This document shows positions 41,476-51,224 of a stretch of 64,000 nucleotides of DNA, piece by piece (within the stretch, counting starts at the first letter, position 1; the number at the start of each line of letters is the position of its first letter). The notes below the pieces were generated by a model. The model was not told the DNA's origin. It did not search any database and was given only the letters and a program-made list of their open reading frames with translations. Where the stretch lies: positions 135,039-199,038 of the forward strand of contig JAKOTS010000032.1 in NCBI GenBank assembly GCA_029777095.1, written 5' to 3'. Origin of the DNA: Actinomycetes bacterium. GTDB taxonomy: Bacteria > Actinomycetota > Actinomycetes > Actinomycetales > Microbacteriaceae. The position numbers and the translations under genes were made by a program.

Positions 41476-44282
41476 GGGTGCTGAGACGAATCGTGACCGG
41501 GGCGGCGCTCGCCGCGGCGATGGTGCTGGCTCCGGTGAGCGCGCTCACCGGAGGCATTGCTGAGGCATCCGCTGCGCCCATCCAGGTGCGTCCGATGGCC
41601 GCCGCGCCCCTCTCGCAAACTGGGCAGGCCGCAATCGACGACCTCCGCACCTGCCTCGCCTCTGAAGACGTACTCAACGTCTACTATCTGATCGACAATT
41701 CACTCTCGCTTGCGCTCGAAGACGACGGCGTCACGCCGGGTACCGACCCCGAAACGGTGCGCGCCGAGATCCTTGGCAACAGCCTGCAGCAGCTCGGCGC
41801 GCTCGGCGCGGGGCACCAGGTCAACTGGGCAGCCGGGTTCTTCAGCACCGATTTCACGCCCGCCATTGGCTGGCAGGGGTGGACGTCGCAGAGCAACGCC
41901 CAACTCGCCGACTCGATTCGTGGCAAGAAGCCCGGCGGGTACACCAACTGGCTTGGGGGCCTGCGCGGTGCACAGAACGCGCTCGCGGCTCAGGAGCGCG
42001 TCGCGCCCGGTTGCCAAGTGGTCGTGTGGCTCACCGACGGAATGATGGACCTCCCAAACAACGCCGACGAAGCCCCCGCGATGGCGGCCCTGTGCGGGAG
42101 CGGGCCGAGCGATTTTGGTGTGCTCAACGCGATGCGTCAGTCGGGTACCGTCGTGCTCGGCGTGCTCCTGGCAGACCAACAGGTCAGTGCCGACGCCGAA
42201 ATCTTGCGACCGCTGGTCGAAGGCACCGGCACGGTTGGGGGCCAAGAAACCACGTGCGGACAGCAACCGATTCCGAGCACACACGTGCACGGCGCGGTGA
42301 TCGAGGCGGCCGATCCTGCCGCGCTGGCGCTCGTCTTTCTTGAACTCGCAACCCGCATTGGCGGCGGGTATCCGGCACCCCTCGCGGCCGACGGCTCGTT
42401 CTTCATCGACGCGGGCGTTGCGCGGTTTCAGTTCGTGATCGGCGGTGGCGATTGGGTGCTCGAGGCGCCCCCCGAAACCGGCCTCTCACCGATGACAGCA
42501 GCGAGTCCTTGGCCCGGTGTCAAGATCACCCCGTCCGGTAGCGCGACGGTGATCGAGGTGCCGATCGGCGAGGCGACGCAGCTCGGAAAGTGGCGATTGG
42601 ATGCCGGGGACGTCCGTGATGTGTTCCTCTTTAGCGACCTTCGCATCGTGTTCGATGCCCAGAACAAGATTGAGCTCGGTGCCGACGGCGCGGCCTCATC
42701 GACCATCGGCGGCACCGTGCAGGGCCCCGATGGCAAGCCCGCCGACCTCGCGGTTTATGGTGATGCGGCGTTTCACGCGGCGATCATCCCCGCAGACGGT
42801 TCTGCACCGATCCCGCTTGCGGGCGCTGAGGTTGATCCGACCTCGGGCACGGTGAAGATTCCGCTGCCCGCCGACATCGACTCCGCCGAGCTGCTCCTGA
42901 GTGCGTCCATCGACCCGCTGACGACGGCACCGCACGGCCTCGCGCTCGCGCCGGTGACCACGCAACAGCGGATTCCGACGGTGCTTCCCGCGTCCTTCCC
43001 CAGGATTCCCACCCTCCCCGTGAGACTTGCCGATCTCGTCGGTCGCGACGGGCTCGCGACCGGGGTGATCCGCGTCGAGCCCGCCCCCGATGGCAGCGCG
43101 ACGCAGGTGTGCACGTCGGCCGATGTCACGGTGGCAAGCGATGCCGCCGAGCGTGGGCAGACCTGGGCGTGGACCGTGGGCGAGAGCGCAACGGTCGAGG
43201 CATCCTGCATCGCGGTCCCCGCGGGCACCAGTGTCGTCGAGATTCCGATCACGGCGGCCAACAGCGTGCCGGCCGACAGCGACGTTCGCGCTTCGGTGCC
43301 GGTGACTTTCGTCTCGGCTGCGGGCGACGAAATCGTCCAGCAGGTGCCGCTGACCTTTTCTTCGACGCGTCCGCTGAATGCGGCGGCGACGGGCCTCATC
43401 GCGCTCGGGCTCCTTGTGTTGGGGGTCCTGCTCCCACTCATCATTCTCTGGATCGTTAACTGGTTGACGACCACCCTGAGCATCGCGCGCAACACGCAAC
43501 GAGGCATGCTGCCCGTGACGATCGACAGCGCCGGTGTGCGCACGAACGTCGCGATCGACGAGTCGTCGCTCGGGGCCACCGTGTTTCAGAACCGGCCACC
43601 AATCGAGCGCGAGCGCTCGATCCACGACCCCGATCTCGGGGTGCTTCGGGCCCGCGTGCCGTGGTGGCCAGTCAACGACACCTGGTTCGAAGTTGTGCCG
43701 CCCACTGGGTCGGCCATCGTGCTCGCCCGCACCAGCACTCGCGCGGGCTCGCTCGGTTCTCGAGCCAACCCCGACGACCGTGCTGTGCGCTTCTCGAACC
43801 TGCCGCTTGACTCGTTCACCGCGGTCGTGGTGAACGAAGAAGAACTCCGCCGCACGCGAAGAGGAGACGCGGTCTCGGCGCGCGTGGTGTTCTACCACCG
43901 GCCCGAGCCTGGCGTGTCAGACCAATACACCGCCAGGTTTGCCGAGCTGCAGGCCGAGTCAGACCTGCTTTCGCGCGTCGACCGGCTGCGCGAGAGCCTC
44001 GCTGCCGGCGCGGCAACGGCAACGGCAACGGCGGTAATGCCAACGGACGCGGGACGCGTACCTGCATCTGCACCCGCGCCTGAACGCGGGCGCGCGGATG
44101 CCCCGCCCCCGCGCAGCGGTGGGGGAGCCACGCCGCCGCCACCCGCGCGCGACGGCGGGGCGATCCCGCCGGGCCCCGGTGGCAACGGAGCGCCGCCCGC
44201 GCCAGGCGTTGGTGGATCGCCGCCCCCGCCCTCCCGGGGCGGCCCGCCCCCGCCGCCGCCTCCGCCCTCGCGCGGCGGGTAG
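41472..44282 (+). CDS. Membrane-anchored vWA (MIDAS) domain protein with Pro-rich cytoplasmic tail
   Basis: Signal-peptide-like N-terminus, DNSLS (DxSxS), GGYTN, VWLTDG, beta-rich middle, TM helix (IALGLLVLGVLLPLIILWIV), polyproline C-terminus. Confidence 0.88.
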   Translation: MRVLRRIVTGAALAAAMVLAPVSALTGGIAEASAAPIQVRPMAAAPLSQTGQAAIDDLRTCLASEDVLNVYYLIDNSLSLALEDDGVTPGTDPETVRAEILGNSLQQLGALGAGHQVNWAAGFFSTDFTPAIGWQGWTSQSNAQLADSIRGKKPGGYTNWLGGLRGAQNALAAQERVAPGCQVVVWLTDGMMDLPNNADEAPAMAALCGSGPSDFGVLNAMRQSGTVVLGVLLADQQVSADAEILRPLVEGTGTVGGQETTCGQQPIPSTHVHGAVIEAADPAALALVFLELATRIGGGYPAPLAADGSFFIDAGVARFQFVIGGGDWVLEAPPETGLSPMTAASPWPGVKITPSGSATVIEVPIGEATQLGKWRLDAGDVRDVFLFSDLRIVFDAQNKIELGADGAASSTIGGTVQGPDGKPADLAVYGDAAFHAAIIPADGSAPIPLAGAEVDPTSGTVKIPLPADIDSAELLLSASIDPLTTAPHGLALAPVTTQQRIPTVLPASFPRIPTLPVRLADLVGRDGLATGVIRVEPAPDGSATQVCTSADVTVASDAAERGQTWAWTVGESATVEASCIAVPAGTSVVEIPITAANSVPADSDVRASVPVTFVSAAGDEIVQQVPLTFSSTRPLNAAATGLIALGLLVLGVLLPLIILWIVNWLTTTLSIARNTQRGMLPVTIDSAGVRTNVAIDESSLGATVFQNRPPIERERSIHDPDLGVLRARVPWWPVNDTWFEVVPPTGSAIVLARTSTRAGSLGSRANPDDRAVRFSNLPLDSFTAVVVNEEELRRTRRGDAVSARVVFYHRPEPGVSDQYTARFAELQAESDLLSRVDRLRESLAAGAATATATAVMPTDAGRVPASAPAPERGRADAPPPRSGGGATPPPPARDGGAIPPGPGGNGAPPAPGVGGSPPPPSRGGPPPPPPPPSRGG

Positions 44283-44356
44283 CCGTGTACCTCGCGCATC
44301 CTGCGCCGGGCACAACTGATCTTGCACCTGACCACACCTACTCAGAAGGCGAAACC

Positions 44357-47300
44357 ATGCTTAGACCGTTCCTCATCATCGGCGTCGGCGGCTCCGGTGG
44401 AAAGACTCTGCGCGGCATCAAGTACCAACTCGAGCTCAAGCTGCAGCAGGTGGGTTGGCGCGGTGGGATCCCGGACGCATGGCAGTTTCTGCACTTCGAT
44501 ACGCCGACGGTGCAGGACGGCATCGACTATGCCATCCCCTTCCTTCCGCCGCAGGAATACAAGGGGCTGGTGAGCGCAGGGGCGACCTACGACACCGTGT
44601 ACCGCTCAATCGAGCGCGCACACGCCACGAACGCGAGCGTGCACAAAGACATCCAGCGGCAATTGCCCGACCCACAGATCGTGCGCGTCGACGTCACCAA
44701 GGGTGCCGGCCAGTACCGTGCCGTCGGCCGCGCCGTCGCGCTCTCGTCGACGAAAGAGATCGCGGCGGCGGCCCGTGCGGCGATCGGTCGCCTCGGTGAC
44801 GCGCAGGCGCTCGCGCAGCTGCAGACCCTCGGCCGCGCCCTCCGTGCGCGCGACGACGGCGCCGCATCAAGCTCGCCCACGGTCATTGTTATCTCGTCGA
44901 TCGCCGGTGGTTCTGGCGCGGGACAGTTCCTCGATGTGATCGAGGTCGTGAAGTCGACCGCGAAACAGTACCCCTGGTCGAACCAGTTCTTCAGCATGCT
45001 GTACGCGCCGGATGTGTTTGACCAGCTCCCGGTGACCGCCGGAATGCCCGGCAACGCCATCGCCGCGATCGCGGAAACGATGAACGGGTTCTGGACCGAC
45101 ACGCCCTCGCAGTCAACGCTTGAACTCCTCAAGAACCAGGGCATCGCGCCCTCGTATGGCGGGGCGATGGACAACGTCGGGGCGGCGTATCCATTCATCA
45201 TCGGGCGAAGCAACTCGAAGGTGACATTCGCCGACCAGAGTGCCGTCTACGACGCCGTCGCGACCAGCCTCACGGCGTGGATGACCGACGACCGTGTGCA
45301 AGACGAGATCACGGCCTATGCCACCGGCAACTGGCAGAGTCGGGTGGGCGCCAGCGTGCTCAGCGACGCCACTGGCCTGATGAGCCCGGCGCGCAATTCG
45401 CCGCCGTTCTCGTCGATCGGCTTTGGCCGCGTGACGCTCGGCCGCGAGAAGTTTCTTGAATACTCGGCGGAGCGCTTCGCGCGTTCCTCGGTGGATCGCA
45501 TGCTGTTTGCGCACATCGAAGACGACAAACAATTCATGCAGCGTACCGAGGAAGAGTGGGTTGCCGTCCGCGCCTCCGAGGCGTACCAGCGCTTCATCAC
45601 CGAGCTGCGCCTGAACGAAGACACCGAGGAGCACAACGACGTCGTCGACGCGCTCCGCGCCGGCGACATGATCAACAACCTGGTGGCGAGCCTCGAACAC
45701 GAGGTGCAGGCGCGCCTTGCCGATCCGGCACAGCTCGATCGCAACGGCGGGCTCGACATCAGCTCGTGGTCCGAGCGCCTGCTCATCGAATACACCTACC
45801 GTGCCCCGGCACTGTTGCTGCGTGATCAGCAGGCGCGACAGGCGAATTTGGATGCCTGGATCGCGTCGGTGCCCTCCAACATTCTGCACACGATTGCCCG
45901 CTACATCTCGAGCTCCGGGTTGCCCGTGGTCATCAAGATGTTGCACCAGCTCGAGGGCGACCTCAAGGCCGCGTCCGACAGTCTCATCGCCGAGGCGGGT
46001 ACTCGTCACGGCTGGGTCCAGCAGCTCAACTCCTTGGTGAGCCAGGAGCTGCAGTCCGCTCCCAACCAGCAGTCGATTCGTCCCGATCAAGACGCGGTGG
46101 CGGGCGCCATCGAGCGCATCGGCCAGGGACTGCGCTGGGCGAGCGAGGCAAAGCTGCGGTCCTCGGCCGCGCAGCTGATCTCGGAGCTTCGCACCGACTT
46201 CTTGGGGCCGCTGCGCCACTATTTGCAGAGCACGCTTGACGAGCTTGGCCAGCGTGCGAAGGCGCCGAAGACCAGCGATGACCGTGACAACGGGTATCCC
46301 TTCTGGCCCACGCGCGAAGACACGACCGTGCCGCGCAAGTACGAACCGGCACCGAATGAGCGGCTCCTGGTCGAGCACACCGAATACCCGACGGAGTTCG
46401 ACCGGCTCGTGCGCGCAAGCGCCGGTGGCCCTGCAACCCGCTTCGGTGACGCCATCCTTGGGGTCATCTCCGAGCTCATCGTCGGTGAGGCGCCCAACGA
46501 TGTTGACCAGGATTCCGACACGTCATGGGCCCTGGTCTCGATCAACCGCACCTGGGTGCCCTCGGTCCTGACCGACGGAACCTCCCGCACGAAGCAGGCG
46601 CCGCGCTTCGCGATGGCCGCGCAACCCGATACCTACGTGCAGCGCGCGCGTGCGTGGATGCGCCGCGAAGGTACGCCCTTCAACGCCTATGTCACCGAAG
46701 ACCTGATGACGTTCTTCGACGACGTCGAGTTGCCGCCCGACGTGTTCGGTCGCCGTCGCGAGAAGTATCGCGAGCAGCTCACGGCGGCTCTCGGCGCGAG
46801 CGAACCGCTGGTCAAGCTCAACCCGTCGCTCCTTCGGATCGTGCATGACAAGGCGATCGGTGACTCCACCGGGCTCGTGTTCAGCTCGATCCCCTTCAAG
46901 GAGGGCACCGAAATGTACGCCGTCACGAAGACGGTGCTTGGCAACATGGGCTTCTGGGATGACGCTGTCTCTGACGGTTGGTTCCATGACGCCCGTGTCG
47001 ACGGCATCGAGGTATTCGCGATGTCTGGATTCCCCTACCAGCCGATCGTGATGGATTCGGTGATGGAACCCATCGCCCGGGACTGGCTTGCCCAGTCGCA
47101 CTCGCAGGATGCCCGTGAATCGTTCTGGCAGTTCAAGAAGAGCCGGCTGCTCGAAGAAGCCATTCCGGCCGACCCGCAGGTCACGCGCGCGATGATTCGT
47201 GGCTGGTATGTCGCCAAGGCGTTGGGCTGGCTGAAAGCGCCAACCGAGACCAGCGAGCGTGGCCCGAAGCTTGGGGTGTGGGACTCGGAGCGTCGAAGCG

Positions 47301-47770
47301 ACGTGTGGTTCCCGCATCCGCTTCTGCACCCCCGGAATGCACCCGCCGCGGACTTCCCGGGCGTCGTGATGCAGTCGCTCACGATCGCTTTGGCGCTGTG
47401 CAACTCGGAAGGCTCGCTCGAGCCGCTCGCGGGCTACCAAGCGCTCAAGGCGCTCGGTGGACCACGGCTCGAGATGGCGCCCGTGCTGATGAACTGGGTG
47501 CAAAATGGCCGGGTGCCCGAAGGATCGGCGTTGCCCGACGAGGGACGTGCCGGCGGAAGCGCGGGCAGCCTCGAGTCGCGTCAGCTTGCCCTGAGCGAGT
47601 TCTTCCGTCAGCAGACCGTCGCGTTCACGGAGGGCGTCGTCAATCACGACTTCCTCGAGTCGGTGTACGACTACCCGGTGAGCTGGGAGATTCGCGACCT
47701 CATCTTGACGGCACTCGACGACCTCACCTCCTCGGTGATGTCGACGCGTGCCCCGGACACGGGCGTTTAG
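44357..47770 (+). CDS. Large FtsZ/tubulin-like GTPase (Tubulin_2 / FtsZl1 type)
   Basis: IIGVGGSGGK (cf. FtsZ IGVGGGG), GAGQYRAVGR (cf. GAGANPEVG), SSIAGGSGAG (cf. GGGTGTG signature), then an ~800-aa extension. AGAAGG SD before ATG 44357; alternative GTG at 44285. Confidence 0.88.
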   Translation: MLRPFLIIGVGGSGGKTLRGIKYQLELKLQQVGWRGGIPDAWQFLHFDTPTVQDGIDYAIPFLPPQEYKGLVSAGATYDTVYRSIERAHATNASVHKDIQRQLPDPQIVRVDVTKGAGQYRAVGRAVALSSTKEIAAAARAAIGRLGDAQALAQLQTLGRALRARDDGAASSSPTVIVISSIAGGSGAGQFLDVIEVVKSTAKQYPWSNQFFSMLYAPDVFDQLPVTAGMPGNAIAAIAETMNGFWTDTPSQSTLELLKNQGIAPSYGGAMDNVGAAYPFIIGRSNSKVTFADQSAVYDAVATSLTAWMTDDRVQDEITAYATGNWQSRVGASVLSDATGLMSPARNSPPFSSIGFGRVTLGREKFLEYSAERFARSSVDRMLFAHIEDDKQFMQRTEEEWVAVRASEAYQRFITELRLNEDTEEHNDVVDALRAGDMINNLVASLEHEVQARLADPAQLDRNGGLDISSWSERLLIEYTYRAPALLLRDQQARQANLDAWIASVPSNILHTIARYISSSGLPVVIKMLHQLEGDLKAASDSLIAEAGTRHGWVQQLNSLVSQELQSAPNQQSIRPDQDAVAGAIERIGQGLRWASEAKLRSSAAQLISELRTDFLGPLRHYLQSTLDELGQRAKAPKTSDDRDNGYPFWPTREDTTVPRKYEPAPNERLLVEHTEYPTEFDRLVRASAGGPATRFGDAILGVISELIVGEAPNDVDQDSDTSWALVSINRTWVPSVLTDGTSRTKQAPRFAMAAQPDTYVQRARAWMRREGTPFNAYVTEDLMTFFDDVELPPDVFGRRREKYREQLTAALGASEPLVKLNPSLLRIVHDKAIGDSTGLVFSSIPFKEGTEMYAVTKTVLGNMGFWDDAVSDGWFHDARVDGIEVFAMSGFPYQPIVMDSVMEPIARDWLAQSHSQDARESFWQFKKSRLLEEAIPADPQVTRAMIRGWYVAKALGWLKAPTETSERGPKLGVWDSERRSDVWFPHPLLHPRNAPAADFPGVVMQSLTIALALCNSEGSLEPLAGYQALKALGGPRLEMAPVLMNWVQNGRVPEGSALPDEGRAGGSAGSLESRQLALSEFFRQQTVAFTEGVVNHDFLESVYDYPVSWEIRDLILTALDDLTSSVMSTRAPDTGV

Positions 47771-47771
47771 C

Positions 47772-50700
47772 GTGACGCAACGGTTCTGGCCGGGCGGCAA
47801 AGCCAGTGTGATCTTGCTGCCGAGCGGCAAGCAGGGTCTCGCCGTGCTTGAGCGCGCCGCGCAATGGACCCAAATGGGTCTGCTCGGCCCGGCGCTGTGG
47901 GTGCTGCCCGAGCGGGTCTCCATCGGCACCGGCGGCCCCGCGGTCATCGGTGCAACCGTGCTGGGCGTCGGGCGTGAGCAACAACTGGTCACGCTCGAGG
48001 TCGACCTATTCGAGACCCTCGCGCGCGAAGAGCTCCGGCTCGTGCGCATGATCAAGCTGCGATCGGCGAGCGCATCGCGCGAGCTCGATGCTGAGCAAGA
48101 CGGCATCGCCGACACCGTTGCCGCAACCCTCAGCCAGTCGATGCCGATGGCGACGCCCACCGCGAATGTGGCCGACCGTGCCACCGACCTCGCTCGGGTC
48201 ACGCTCATTTGCGCCCCCAGCGAGTTTCAGTTGCAAACGCGCGTCGACTGGGCGGTCAAAGAATATGGCACGGTCGTGGTGGCCTCACCCGAAGACCGCT
48301 CGAGCCCGTGGTCAGGTGACGCGTTTGTGCGCGACAACGACCGTTTCGTCGGCTTTGTGTTGATGCACCTCGCGAGCGTTGCAGGGCTCTGGAGCGGCGT
48401 CGAGAAGGGCACCTTCGAGCTTTTCCCGAGCCAGACCTCAGGCGTCGGTAGCGTGTGGGTCTCGCGGGTCTTCCTCAACGCGGTGCTCACCGAATCGATC
48501 GGTCGACGGACCGCCGCCGGCGTGCTCGAAGAAGCAGGCCGCGCCGACTCGCTCCTGATCGATCCCAGCGTTGGATCACCACCAGAGGGCACGTTTTACA
48601 TCGACGACGGTGACGTTGCCGGGTTCACCGCAGCGATGGTCGACGCGGTGCTCTCGCTCGACGCCGCCGCGCTCGCCTTTCACCCACCCGCGGTGGTGGC
48701 CGACCCGCCGCAGCGCCGCATCGGCATCGGTGCGCAGTTCGGCAGCTTCTTCTCGTTCTCGGGTGACAAGCTCGCGGGCATGCCGCGCTGGACGTGGCGC
48801 TGGGTCACCTCGAGCACGGCTCGCTCGCTCACACGTCGCCTCCACGGCGATGACGGCACGCACGTCGTAGGCGAAGACCTCGATCAGGCATTCGATCTGC
48901 GCGACCGGCTCCTGCTGCTCGAACGCGGACGCGTCCTCGAACATGAGCAGGCCGCGCGCGCCATGATGGCTGGTCCGGTTGGCGTCGGGCAGCAGCACAC
49001 CACCCCACGCTTGTGGACCCGCCTGCGCGAGCTCGTGTTTGGCTCGCTCGACGGAAGTTCAGATCTGAGCGACCTCGGGTTCGCCGAGGTCGAGGGTAAG
49101 GTCCCGGTGTTTGGCCGGGTCAGCGATGTGTTTGAAGCACCCGACGAGCTGTGGTCGCCCCCCGACGGGGCTGCCCGGGCCGGCGGGGCGCCGATTGGCT
49201 GGCACGACATCGCGCTCGAGAACCCGCGCGCGGTGCTCGTAGAGTCTGCGGTGCGGAGCGCGAACGATCAGGAGCAGGCCGAGGCCCAGTTGACGCTTGC
49301 CCAGCGCACGGTCGCTGAGCTGCATCATCAGCGCGAGGTGGGCGAGTGGCAGAGCGTGCTCGACGGCACGATTTCGATCGCGATCGCTGAGTCTGACGCG
49401 GATGCCGCTGGCAACGGTGCTGCCGCGGCTGACGCCGCTCCGACGGCCGACGTCGTGAACGGGCCCGGCGTTTCACCCAACGACGACGACGCGGATGACA
49501 GCGACGACCGCGACGACACTGACGACACGAATGGCGTGGAGGAGAAGACCGAAACTCCCCTTACTCGGGCCGCGCTGAAAGCAGAGGCAGAAGCAGAAGC
49601 AGAAGCAGAGGCAGAAGCCGAGGCCGAAGCAGCTACCGATCCGGACACCGACACCGACATCGACAACGAAGCGGGTGTCGAACCCACGGCCGAGACTGCA
49701 ACGAGCGTGGATGCCGAGGAGCCTGGCACGCCAGCAGCAGCAGCACCAGCACCAGCCGCAGCGTCAGCACCCGCCCGCGACCCGCGCCTCGAGGCATCCA
49801 TCGCGGCTGCCGAAGCTCGACTTGCAGCGGCCGAGGCGCATGAGCGCGAAGTCGCTGCGGCGCGCATCGCGTCCGCCGCGGCGGTCGAGAGCTTCGACGT
49901 CTGGGCCGTGCGCCACGAACGCTCGTTCGTGTGGCGCCTGCTCGCACGCCTTGCACACGAGCGCCGTGGCGCCCAGGCCGCGGCCGACTCGTTCGCCCAG
50001 GGCATCGACGCGCTCGACGTGCAGAAGCCCGGCGCGCTGATTGCCCTGCGCAAGCGCTTTCACCTCACCATGCTGGTGGGCTGGCTGATCATCGTGGCCG
50101 TTGCCGCGCTCCTCATTCTGCTCCCCGTGTGGTTCGAAGACCTTCGCCCAAACGCGTCCTGGTACCCCAACGACCCGACCATCTTCACGGTGGCGGCGCT
50201 CGCCGCGGTTGTCTTGACGCTCATCGCGCTCGCGACGTACCACCGAGGTTGGTCACAGTTCCAACGGCGCATCGACCTTGCACAGGTGCATCTCACGCGG
50301 GTCTCGCAGGGCTCCGTGCACGCTCGCATCGAGGTCGCGCGCCTTGGGTCGCTGCACCGGCAGACGGTTGATTGGCTCGTGCTGCTGGCACGCGGCATCC
50401 ATCGGCCATGGCTCGTCCCCGAAGAATGGTCGCAACGGCCCTCCTATGCGGGGGCGCGCGACGCGATGCCGTTCGCGATGCAGATCGGGCAGGTGCAAGA
50501 CGAAGACCATGCGGCCGCGACCCGGCTCAAGCGCATGACGAAGGAGCGGCTTGTCGTGCGGGGCTGGCGCCAGCAAGCCTTTACGGCGCTGATCGCCGAG
50601 GTTGCCGCCGAACTCGGGCAGGGCTCGGCATCGTTCGGGCTCGCCGCGCTCGACGAGGACTTGCCGCATTCGTCGAACCACACCCGCGAGATGCTGCGCG

Positions 50701-51224
50701 AAAACATGGGCAACGAGGCCGTACTGCAGCGCGTCGCCGCACCGCGACTGCGCGAGCTGATGGCGTCGATCCAGCGCTCGGCGCTGCACGGAAGCCGCCC
50801 GCTTGTGCACCCGGTTGGCGACAACCCGCTGCGCGAGATTGCCTCCACGGACGTCGTGGGTGGGGCCGTCGAAGACCTGCCATGGGATGACTTCCTGCTC
50901 GGCTCGCTCGCCGGCCGCCGCGACCCGGTCACGCCGCTCAGCGCCGTGAGCATGTCGGAGCGGCAGGTGCAGGAGGGCTATCACGAGCACGTGCAGAGCC
51001 TGCTCGTGCTTCCGGAGCGACTCGAAGCCGACCTCGAGTTTCGGGCAGATGCGCCGGTTTCGCTCGTGCCCTACGGTGGTGGCGGCTCGGCCACGCTCGA
51101 CCTGGTGTGGCGCGTCGACCTGGCGGGGCCGCTGCCGGTGTCGGCGATCCGGTTGTGGGATGCCGCAGCCGAGCCCCCGCACGAGGGCACGGGCGTGCAG
51201 CACCGCGAAGACTCGGGGGTGTGA
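47772..51224 (+). CDS. Large hypothetical 2-TM protein with acidic/Ala-Glu linker, gene 4 of the operon
   Basis: GTG 1 nt after the previous stop; 1150 aa; two TM helices; D/E-rich and (EA)n region; GC3-rich coding pattern. Confidence 0.85.
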   Translation: MTQRFWPGGKASVILLPSGKQGLAVLERAAQWTQMGLLGPALWVLPERVSIGTGGPAVIGATVLGVGREQQLVTLEVDLFETLAREELRLVRMIKLRSASASRELDAEQDGIADTVAATLSQSMPMATPTANVADRATDLARVTLICAPSEFQLQTRVDWAVKEYGTVVVASPEDRSSPWSGDAFVRDNDRFVGFVLMHLASVAGLWSGVEKGTFELFPSQTSGVGSVWVSRVFLNAVLTESIGRRTAAGVLEEAGRADSLLIDPSVGSPPEGTFYIDDGDVAGFTAAMVDAVLSLDAAALAFHPPAVVADPPQRRIGIGAQFGSFFSFSGDKLAGMPRWTWRWVTSSTARSLTRRLHGDDGTHVVGEDLDQAFDLRDRLLLLERGRVLEHEQAARAMMAGPVGVGQQHTTPRLWTRLRELVFGSLDGSSDLSDLGFAEVEGKVPVFGRVSDVFEAPDELWSPPDGAARAGGAPIGWHDIALENPRAVLVESAVRSANDQEQAEAQLTLAQRTVAELHHQREVGEWQSVLDGTISIAIAESDADAAGNGAAAADAAPTADVVNGPGVSPNDDDADDSDDRDDTDDTNGVEEKTETPLTRAALKAEAEAEAEAEAEAEAEAATDPDTDTDIDNEAGVEPTAETATSVDAEEPGTPAAAAPAPAAASAPARDPRLEASIAAAEARLAAAEAHEREVAAARIASAAAVESFDVWAVRHERSFVWRLLARLAHERRGAQAAADSFAQGIDALDVQKPGALIALRKRFHLTMLVGWLIIVAVAALLILLPVWFEDLRPNASWYPNDPTIFTVAALAAVVLTLIALATYHRGWSQFQRRIDLAQVHLTRVSQGSVHARIEVARLGSLHRQTVDWLVLLARGIHRPWLVPEEWSQRPSYAGARDAMPFAMQIGQVQDEDHAAATRLKRMTKERLVVRGWRQQAFTALIAEVAAELGQGSASFGLAALDEDLPHSSNHTREMLRENMGNEAVLQRVAAPRLRELMASIQRSALHGSRPLVHPVGDNPLREIASTDVVGGAVEDLPWDDFLLGSLAGRRDPVTPLSAVSMSERQVQEGYHEHVQSLLVLPERLEADLEFRADAPVSLVPYGGGGSATLDLVWRVDLAGPLPVSAIRLWDAAAEPPHEGTGVQHREDSGV

